Positions 54,401-64,000 of a DNA stretch of 64,000 bases are shown piece by piece. This stretch comes from Lama glama. Taxonomy: Eukaryota. Numbering within the stretch: position 1 is the first letter of the stretch; each line of letters starts with the position of its first letter. The notes beneath the pieces were generated by a model, which made no database searches, was not told where the DNA came from, and saw only the letters and a program-made list of their open reading frames with translations. Location: the NCBI GenBank assembly GCA_028534125.1, contig CM052817.1:50842001-50906000 (forward strand), read 5' to 3'. The position numbers and the translations under genes are program-made.

Positions 54401-54890
54401 CTTGTTGGCAGTGGCAGACTCTGCCCTAGTGGAGAGCAGCACTGGAGTAAAAGAGGCTGTAGTAGGAGCCTAGTGTAGGCTGGGGTGTGCACTGGGGTGG
54501 TCCTGTCAACCTAGCCAGAGTCCCAGGCAGTTTTCGATCTGCTTCCTTCTCTCTGTGACCCAGAGAAAGCAAGTATGTGCGTGCTCTTCAAGAGAGAAGT
54601 CTTGATTTCTTGTAGGCCTCCCCAGTGATTTTCAAGCCAGCTAAGGAGGGTCATCTTCTTGTGGTCAGACCCTGGAGTTGGGGTGTCTAATATGGAGCTG
54701 GAATCCATCACACCCAAGGGATGATACCCAAGCCCTCCTCTTCTGGGTCCTTGGCCAGGGGTTCAGATCCCAAACTGGTCACTTCTCTTCCCTTTCTACC
54801 AGATTCTATGTGAATCATTTTTCACAGCCTTTGTTGTAGAAAAGCCATTCTGCCAGTCTCCATTTTTAGTGAAGGTTTCTCTTGTAGCTG
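51470..54890 (-). mobile_element. L1 with 3'UTR, ORF2 3' part, large internal deletion, ORF1 N-terminal half and GC-rich 5'UTR
   Basis: ORF2 remnants at 52115-52396 ([20 protein letters not shown]) and 52569-52841 (WYWYKNRHTGQWNRTESPE). ORF1-like from about 53180. GC-rich 5'UTR about 53820-54890. Confidence 0.9.
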
Positions 54891-54894
54891 TACT

Positions 54895-55069
54895 TATTTG
54901 TTTGTTTATTTACTTTATTGAAGTATAGTCAGTTTACAATGTTGTGTCAGTTTCTGGTGTATAGCATAATAGTTCAGTCATACATATACATACATATATT
55001 TGTTTTCATATTCTTTTTCATTATAGGTTACTACAAGATACTGAATATGGTTTCCTGTGCTATACAGTA
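54895..55069 (-). mobile_element. Young L1 3' end running into the assembly gap
   Basis: tttattgaagtatagtcagtttacaatgttgtgtcagtttctggtg, the same family as the 1.5 kb and 27 kb copies. Confidence 0.9.
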
Positions 55070-55569
55070 NNNNNNNNNNNNNNNNNNNNNNNNNNNNNNN
55101 NNNNNNNNNNNNNNNNNNNNNNNNNNNNNNNNNNNNNNNNNNNNNNNNNNNNNNNNNNNNNNNNNNNNNNNNNNNNNNNNNNNNNNNNNNNNNNNNNNNN
55201 NNNNNNNNNNNNNNNNNNNNNNNNNNNNNNNNNNNNNNNNNNNNNNNNNNNNNNNNNNNNNNNNNNNNNNNNNNNNNNNNNNNNNNNNNNNNNNNNNNNN
55301 NNNNNNNNNNNNNNNNNNNNNNNNNNNNNNNNNNNNNNNNNNNNNNNNNNNNNNNNNNNNNNNNNNNNNNNNNNNNNNNNNNNNNNNNNNNNNNNNNNNN
55401 NNNNNNNNNNNNNNNNNNNNNNNNNNNNNNNNNNNNNNNNNNNNNNNNNNNNNNNNNNNNNNNNNNNNNNNNNNNNNNNNNNNNNNNNNNNNNNNNNNNN
55501 NNNNNNNNNNNNNNNNNNNNNNNNNNNNNNNNNNNNNNNNNNNNNNNNNNNNNNNNNNNNNNNNNNNNN
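55070..55569. other. Assembly gap (500 N)
   Basis: Run of N. Confidence 1.
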
Positions 55570-55979
55570 TAACAAGGAGAAGACACAAACTGTCTTTGAT
55601 TAGTAGAAAGTAAAGAGACAAGGGCACACTGTACCAAAAGCATACAGTATAAAGTTCCAAATGAATGAAAAAACCATTAAAGGGCAATCTAAGGCCACTA
55701 AAGTAGCTCATTTAAAACAACGTATTAGCTGGCCAGGTGAGAGCACCGCATCACTCAAACACAAGCACAGTGAATTAATTATCTGAGTGAAGAATGAAAG
55801 GACTAGTATAAGGATCTGATGGGAAAATTTTAAAGGCAGATCTTTATTGGTCTAAAAGAAAATGATGTTGTCTCTTTTGACTGGTAATTATTCCAATGTG
55901 TGACTGTTGAGCAGTCTTAAGCACAGGTATATTTTCACTAAGGTTTGGAATAGGCTGCAAAAAATGTTTGGATCATTGT

Positions 55980-56160
55980 GCCTGTTTGTCTATCATCTGT
56001 GTGTCTGTCTGTAAATGTATCCATCTAACTGTCGTGTAATGTCATGTCATAGGTATAAATACATATCTGTATCTATCATCTATCTATGTGTCTAGGTATC
56101 TCTGTATGTATGTTCTGCAGTCTGTCATCTAAGTATCTTTGTGTCTGTCTGTCTATGTTA
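55980..56160. repeat. Degenerate (TCTA/TGTC)n low-complexity tract
   Basis: Seen directly. Confidence 0.6.
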
Positions 56161-59100
56161 CCTTGACATTAGAAGCAATAATTATGTGAGAAAGTTCATA
56201 TGTACATCCCCAAGACTCAGAAAAAAAAACTCCCTCTGTCAAATTCTGATGCCAGTCCTTCTATCAACAGATGCTGATACTCACCACTTATTTGTTAAAC
56301 ACCTCGTAGGTATAGGTTGTATGTTGGATACAAAAATTATGAAGATCTTTCCTGATCTTCCAATCAGATCTAAGTTGTGAAGTGTATGTAAAAGACATCA
56401 TGTAACACTACTTTTAGTAATTATTCCCCTTTTTTGGAGTATGATGAAAACCCAGATATTATTTTTATGTGTCTCTAGAGCTCCCTTTTAAATTTGAGAG
56501 CCTGGTTCTGATAAAGAAGTACCCACTTGGATCCATGGGGCAGTAAGCACAGATTCATGTAGATTTTAAATTGCTCTCAGGGTCACTTAAGAAGCTTTTG
56601 GAATAATTGGATGAAGGCTGTACTGTAGTTGTGTATTTGGAGTCCGTCTGGAATACTCATTACATCTCCACTTGAAGTCAGAATCCCACATAGAGAGTTG
56701 CAGCTGTATTGGCAGTTAGGCGAAATTCATATTTCTGTTTAGCAGCATCATTGTGAATCATGGTAAAGGGAAACATTTATTTCTTATAAAACTTGCCACA
56801 GATGTACATCTCCCTAAGCTTTGTGAGTCTATTTCTAACTCATATGCCAGAGACAGAGCTGTTATTGCTTACTACAATACTGTTTTCAACATAAGAACTC
56901 AATGTCTCATCCACACTGCCAGCATATTTATTCTGTTGATTACATTGAAGCAAAGTACAAATAAAATGATTCTGGGGAAAAATGGAACAAACCCTTGAAT
57001 AAACTTACCCATATTTACTAAGAAGCTTGTAATGAATGTGATATCCAATGGAGATATAACCAAGTAGGTTGCCAGGTTTGAGGAGGCAGTGGTAAAGTTT
57101 GCAACAAAACTTAAATTTATTCCTGACACTTAACCTAACTGCCGCTGCCTTAGTCTTTTCTATTTTATGTCCTAAATCAGTGAAAGGCTTTTTTCAAGAT
57201 CCTGAAAAAAAATGTACAGACACATCTGGCATTAGAATTCTGGGATCAAAATAGTGGTGAAAATGAAAGCTCTGTCATCCTCTGAGTGAAGGCACAACAT
57301 GTTGGATTTCGGTTCTGTGATTTACATGTTAGGATATATGAAAGATGCACAAAGTCTGGAAAATGCTGAAAAGTATCTTTAACATAACTTATAAGAGTCA
57401 GGTGATCATTATGTAAGGGAATATGTACTGTCAATTCTCTAGGTTTTTCATTTAGTAACATCAAATTTAAATAGGTAAGAGAAAGACAAACAGTTGCAGG
57501 TGTCTTCTGCTGCCCCTATGAACAGAGATTACTATAATCTCTCACTCCTTTCCTCTACAGTATCCCAGAGGAGAGAAATGATGCTTCGTATAAAGTAATA
57601 TGATGATGGTAAAAATAAAACTGACACAATAGCACCATCATCTCCTTGTGCCCATTCCATGGGGAACTAAAAACCATGTTTACCAAACAGTACAAGCTGT
57701 TATCTGTGGATTTAGAACAAGAGCCACAATATTAGTGCTGTCCAATTCAATATCTTTTCTATCTTTGCATACTCAAATAATCATAATTCAATGCTTAGCC
57801 AGAAACAACTTTATTTTCCTGATTAATCCTGACATCTTTCCCCCTCTTTTCTATTAGGACTATCATGCTTACTTTTGTGTCTCACACTTGCCTATTTGTT
57901 TCCAATCACACACAATAAGTCACTTAGCTTTCATTTTATTCCTACTGTATCTCCAGTTAAATATCCTCTAACTTGTTTTGAGGATATCCATGTCCCTATT
58001 CCCTGAAACCCTGTCTTAGCAATGGAAAAAAAGAAGATGGAATAGAAACTCAGAGAGAGCCTAAGCATAAAATCCACAAAAGCTATAGGTACAGTTTTGT
58101 GTGTCATTTGAATAAAAATACATGAAAGAACTGGTTGTTAGCACGAGCCTTATTACACTATTCTGATCTGACCTTCGAATGCCAAACTTCCTGTGAATTA
58201 AATAAACATAAAATAACAACATAACAACACACGTAGAGAATTTAAATTCCTGTTCAGTTTCAATGCAAAGCTGTTGTCATTCTTGGCATCATCCCAGGTT
58301 TTGATCTAGCAAGCCAAGGCAAGCAAGGAGACCATTGGCAGTCCCTGCTTGCACTGCAGACCCCAAACAGGTGATTGGAGAAGAGCAAAGAGGGTAACTG
58401 ACCCTGTTTTTTTTTTTTTTTGGCTCCTCTGAAAATAAAGGACACATGGAATCATTGGTTTAGCTTTACAATTTCAACTAATGATGGAAGGAAACACAGA
58501 GAACCCTTGAGGTGAGAAGAGAAAGAAGATATATTTTTTCAGTTTCCTGAAAATAGTTATTACAGTGTTAAAACAGAAAGCCCACGCTGGGATTACAGTC
58601 AGCCCCCGCCTGTCCGTGGCAGGGAGGTTGTCGGTGGTGCTGTCTTCTTTCAGAAGTAGCTGTCTTTACAGACCACCTCTCCCCAGTCTGCGTGCTTTAC
58701 CTGCTTCCTCCCAAGGTCGGGAGAGCCTACTGGGTCTGCTTTACTTTTAACCAGCTCTCTGCAGCTTTGCCTAAAAAAGTAGCTCCCAAGATCCAGACAT
58801 TTCAGCTCATTTCCCAAGCCCAGCGTCTGGCAATAATGTACAATGTAGCTGCTTCTCTTTCCTTTGATTGTCTCAAAATGGCTTCTTTTTATTTGTTCTG
58901 GTTATGCGTATAACACACAGAATGTCTCTGAACACTACTTCTAATGTGTCTGTGTATGTGTGTGCTTAAATTACTTAGTGTTATTTACTTTGTTTGAAAT
59001 TATCTCAGGTTAAAAAGGAAAGAAAAATAGGGAGAAAATATTTAAAAAAAATAGAAATACCTAATTCTCAGTAAATTCCTCTTGGTGTGGCAGTTCCTCC

Positions 59101-59336
59101 TATATAACCACATTTAAGTTATCCAGAAGCAAGAACTAAATCCAAATCTAATACAGGCTAGATAAAGGGTGAATGGCTTATCTTGGGCCACCACAGACTT
59201 TTTCATCTTTCTGTCAGGGAGAGGTGTGAGGTTGAAACTAGAGCGAATGACTGGCATAACTTTTAGGATACTCTGGGTCCAGGTCTGCAGTTTTTAAACT
59301 TCTGTCTTCAGCAACTCAGCAGCTTTGGAGTGAGCT

Positions 59337-59387
59337 TTTTATACCCATTGACCAACAACTGCACATTTCCCTATCTCCCTAGCCCCT
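59337..59387 (+). repeat. 51-bp dispersed duplicate of 60785-60835
   Basis: 50 of 51 bases identical, flanked by agct on both sides. Confidence 0.95.
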
Positions 59388-60189
59388 AGCTAGGACTGAT
59401 TTGGAAAGCTGGTGAGTATTTTTGGACAGGAGTGGCGCAGAGTCAAAGAGCATCGGAAGGTGCTGTGAAGTACAACGTGGGCAGCAAGAAGTGGCTCAGG
59501 AGGCTCTTCATTTTCAACTTAATCTTAAACACCCTGTGAGCCTCGACTTCCTTCTTATCCAATATCATGCTCATCCTCTTGTGAATATGAAAAGAGAAAA
59601 CATACAGAAGTGTAGCTAGATTATAATGCTGCTAGAATCAGAGTTAAAGAAGCAGAGCAAGTGAAGTGGCTGATATTCTCATCACTTAGACACTGGAGTT
59701 CTTAGTTATGCATCTACTATTTTTATTACATTACCTGTGTCCATCATAGCCCTAGACATCTTACATTCATGTTCTTATATGTTCATAGATCAACTTAGAA
59801 GACAATTACCATATGTATTCATTTTATATAAGAGGAAAGTAAATTCAAAGGCAGGATAGTGGCTGGCAGAAGTCTCACATAGCACGTGTGTGGAATAGAA
59901 GTGGGTCACTTTCAGGTTTTTAGAACTCTGACCTTTGTGTTCTCACCATCCTTATGCTCCATTCATCTAGGGTCCATCTCTAAAAACTGAATGGATGGAG
60001 GAAGCAAGTAAGGCAGATGTGACACATCTGTTACAAGGAAGGAATCCCAGTATCTGATACATGATTTTTGTGTTATAAATCAATCCCAGATGAGTCATTC
60101 AGTTTGAACAAATATTTGAGAGTAGTCTATGTGCAGAGTCATTTAGCAGCTGCCAGTACTCAGTGTATCACTTTTTGTGACAATAATGA

Positions 60190-60400
60190 GCCTGGGTTTT
60201 GGTGGTAAGAGCCCGATGTTTTCCACTAACTAGTTATCTGATCCTAAATAACCTAATTTAGCAACAGCAATAAAATCTATAAAATAAAAACAATGATAAT
60301 ACCTACTTTATAGGATGCCTATTAAAAACTGATAATAAAAAATATAGAAAATACTTATCATCATGCCTGATACAATATAGTGAGACACTGATGAATGCAA
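60190..60400 (+). mobile_element. MIR fragment
   Basis: atctataaaataaaaacaatgataatacctactttatagg...catgcctgatacaatatag. Confidence 0.55.
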
Positions 60401-60474
60401 ATTGTTTACAGTAGTGTAATTGTTAACATCTTCCTCAAGTCACAAATGACTTTAAAATATTTAAATGACTTTTA

Positions 60475-61488
60475 AAAATAAATATGACTTACTTAAATAT
60501 GTTTAAATAAATATTGAGGTATTACCGATATACTAAAAAAACTGGACATGTTTATTGTATATAATATGAGATATGCATACACCTATGAAAACACCACCAC
60601 AATCAAGGTAATAAGCAGATCTATCAGATCCAAAACTACTGCCCCCTACTTTGTATGCATGCTAAGAACATGTAGCATGAGCTCTACCCTCTTAAGTTTT
60701 TAAGTGTACAATTCTGAATTGTTAACTATAATCATGATGTTATGAAACAGATCTCTATCACTTATAGGTCTTACACAACTGAAATTTTATACCCATTGAC
60801 CAACAACTCCACATTTCCCTATCTCCCTAGCCCCTGGCAACCACTATTCTACTCTCCATTTTTATGAGTTCAACTACTTAAAATATCTCATAAGTGGACT
60901 TCTACGATATTTGTCCATCTGTGATTGTTTTATTTTGCTTAGCATAATGTCCTCCAAGTGTATCCACATTGTTGCATATGGCAAGGAAAAGGACTTGAAT
61001 AAATATCTCTCCAAAGAAGATACACAAATTACCAACAGGTACATGAAAAGATGCTCAGCATCACTAATCATCAGGGAAATGCAAATCAAAACCACAATGA
61101 AATTATCACCTCACACCTGTTTGGAAGGCTATCCTCAAAAAACAAAAGATAAACAATTGTTGGCAAGGTTGTAGAATAATTGGCACACTTGTATACTCTT
61201 GGTGGGAATGTAAAATGGCATAGCGACTGTGGAAAGCATTATGTAGGTTCCTCAGAAACTTACACATGAAACTACCGTATGATCTGGCAACCCCACTTCT
61301 GGATATATAACCCAAAGAACTGAAATCAGAGGCTCTAAGAGATAGCTTCACTCCTATGCTCACTGCAGCATTATTTACAATAGCCAAGATATAGAAACAA
61401 TCTAAATGTTCATCAGCAGATGAACAGATTTTTACAATGTGGTACATACATACAATGAAACATTCAACCTTAAAAAAGAAGGAAATTC
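60475..61488 (-). mobile_element. L1 (L1MA-type) with 5' inversion
   Basis: The 3'UTR is antisense to about 60987. The ORF2 end and 3'UTR start follow in sense orientation ([37 protein letters not shown]) to 61488. Confidence 0.9.
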
Positions 61489-62049
61489 AAGTGACTTTTA
61501 TGGTGTAAGGGTGGAAGGAGTTAGGGTTGGGGTTAGAAGAGGGTTTCCATCTCTGCCCTGGTTTGTTGGTAGATCTTGTGTTCATTCTGTAGAGCACCTT
61601 TTGGAAATTCTAAGGTTTGAAGCATCTTCTCTTTTACATCCTCAAGATCTGGTTGGGCATCCTAGCCCTATCCTTCATTTGGGGATTTTGAATGACTTCA
61701 GCCTTGGAAATTGGAGTCAGTAGAGTCAGTAGGGTTTCAGGTTAAATAAGTGGTCTTTTCCTGCTGACTTTATTTCTATTCTGTTGTCTCACTGCTTTCT
61801 TGCTTTTTCCAGCCCAAGATATGGAATCACATTTGAACATAGATTGGAGAGTGGAAAAGAAGGGGAAAAAACTCAGTAATTTCTCTAAATGTAGCCTGTT
61901 CTGCCTCAGATCTGAGCCTTTTGAGACTTGAAAAAAAGAGTTAGAAATAAGACTGACGAAGAGAAATTCAGTCTAACACTCTTATTGAGGTTAGGTTTTA
62001 AAAGTTACTTAGGAATCAATGGAAAAAAAAGACTGGTTGTGGTTCTGTG

Positions 62050-62165
62050 ATGAGGGAGGGATGGAGGAGAGGGAGAGAAAGAAGTGAGAAAGAGAGACAG
62101 TGACAATGAGAGAGAGGAACAGAGACAGCAACACAGACACAGAGAGAAAAACAGAGACACAGAAC
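62050..62165. repeat. GA/GACA-rich low-complexity tract
   Basis: Seen directly. Confidence 0.7.
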
Positions 62166-64000
62166 TATGAGAAGGAAATATTCTTGACTTAATTTCCCAA
62201 ATGGTAATGGGTGATGAAACTATCTGAGAGAAAGAGGTTAAACTATGGTGAACATTTTCATAAATAGAAAAATCCACACTTAGAATTATATTTTACTATT
62301 TTATGCATTCACTACACTTAAAATCTCTCATATATTCTGTAGGATTAAAATAAAGCTATACTCACTGAAAAATGTATGTTCCTTTTTTCCTCATATTGTT
62401 TATATAATATTTAAATCAATAATATGGTATAACTTCTTAATTTTAATATTGGGGTCCAGAGGATTCAATTGATTGATAAAACAAAAACTTACATTATAAA
62501 TTCTAATAACTGAATTTTTGGCTGTTTAATACCAATAGAATAATTTTATAATCATATCTGAATTTTTGGAATGACCAGCTAGTTCAAAAAGTATATGTTT
62601 CTTTAGGTATTCTCTGTATCTTCTAAAACATGGAGAAATAGAGAACACAGCTTGTGGCAAAAAGCTTTCTTGCTGCATTATTTTTCTTCAGATATCAGTG
62701 AGAATGTGTGCCCCCCCACATACACTCTCACAGATAATAAGCCTATAAAACACCACCAAATCAAAATAAGCAAAATGAAGTGACATTTAGGCTGTGAAGT
62801 CTTAATTTAGGTATCACAATGATTAGAGTGTTTTAATATCATAATAACTGATAAATAGACTACATGTCAGACAATTCATTCCTTTTTAATCAAAACTCCT
62901 AGTCTGCTAAATTAATCACCCCCTTGGGGTAGAGTAGCAGATTTCCAATTTAGTCATAGAACATTAATAATGAAAAGTTCTGGGGATGCATTTCTTTATT
63001 TATGTTCTTTGTTTTTTTTTTTCAATTATTAAGGAGTTTAAAGAGATGGAGCAGGAAAGGGGCTGTTACCTTGACAGTTGCAGGCCATACAGATAAGAGC
63101 AGAGTGATTCAAATCATAGATGTTAAATATATATATACAGCATACAGAGAATACAGTTCTTGTTTCTCTGCCTCTCATGTGAAATGTTTCATCTGGCCCA
63201 CACTTGCCTGGGATTGTACAGTGGAAAGAAAGGGCCCACCAGTTTGAGAAATAGGGGGGTACTATCGACATGGAAGAGCCTAATCACCTGGATAGACAGC
63301 AGAGAAAATTTATGGTGTCCTTGATATTAATTTGATGTACTTTGGTATTACATTTTTCTGAAGTCCCTTCTCCTCTTTCACATAAATTGTATTAACTCAG
63401 TGTTACCAATCCTCTATTTTGTATGTGACTCAAATTGTATCGGAATTACATAAATTATTTTTATTACTGCTTTTTTTTTTTTGGTGGTGGTGGTTGTAAC
63501 CCACCATAATTCTAGACTATCTTTTCCCCCAAATACTGACTTCTTAAATTAATACAAAGTTTCATTAAACACTTTTACCTGCTTGGCTCAAATTACTCAA
63601 CAGATTGTAGTATCTCTTCCTCTTAGAATTCTATGCTTGATTTCTATTTTGAATCTATTATATCCAAAGTCAGGTGATTGAGAGCCTTTAGATCCATTGA
63701 TCCAGAACCAAGTATGTATATAACCCAATCTGGTTTCCTGTACTTTGTGTACTATGATAATTTTTATACAGTGTTTTTAGAAATGCAATGAAATACTGTA
63801 TACACACATTCTTCTAATCTAATGGTATAGCTCTGTTATACGTATTCATATTGAACCCATGCCAGCCTAAAAGGTCAGCTGTTTCTTTTCCTAAATGAAT
63901 TTAATCTCATCAATTAGCCTTGGCAAAAAAAAAAAATCCATTTATCAACATATCATCTATGGATTTATATTTTCTAAAACTTATCTTTGCACCTTGTTTG

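Noticed and set aside
53820..54890. GC-rich block as a host-gene promoter or CpG island
   Set aside because: Contiguous with L1 ORF1 and CpG-decayed; it is the L1 5'UTR.
54918..55711. ORFs of 171-231 aa
   Set aside because: Artefacts of translating through the N gap.
56899..57129. Minus-strand open frame ending at a tgg|gtaagt donor
   Set aside because: No pyrimidine tract at the candidate acceptor and no recognisable protein.
61500..61920. Possible old L1/HAL1 5' fragment
   Set aside because: The resemblance is too weak to call without a profile search.

Overview
AT-rich, CpG-depleted placental-mammal DNA, most likely a camelid (alpaca or camel). The assignment rests on a camelid-type tRNA-derived SINE, a recurring young L1 3' end, and the absence of recognisable Alu, B1, Bov-A/BovB, PRE1 or SINEC elements. 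I recognise no protein-coding exon, RNA gene, CRISPR array or prokaryote-type system; the ORF track is L1-derived fragments, chance ORFs and gap artefacts. A large part of the window is interspersed repeat: L1s of several ages, ERV1/ERVL/MaLR solo LTRs, L2, MIR and MER-type DNA transposons, plus a 500-N gap. L1s and LTRs lie mostly on the minus strand, which suggests an intron of a long plus-strand gene. I found no new biological system. The most notable signals are mutational footprints: a 51-bp locally templated insertion inside a candidate non-coding exon, a twin-primed L1, a prematurely polyadenylated 97-bp L1 insertion, two L1s with large internal deletions ending at nearly the same ORF1 position, and a fold-back insertion. 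Repeat family names are from recall of consensus sequences, not from a search, and boundaries without a target-site duplication (TSD) are approximate.
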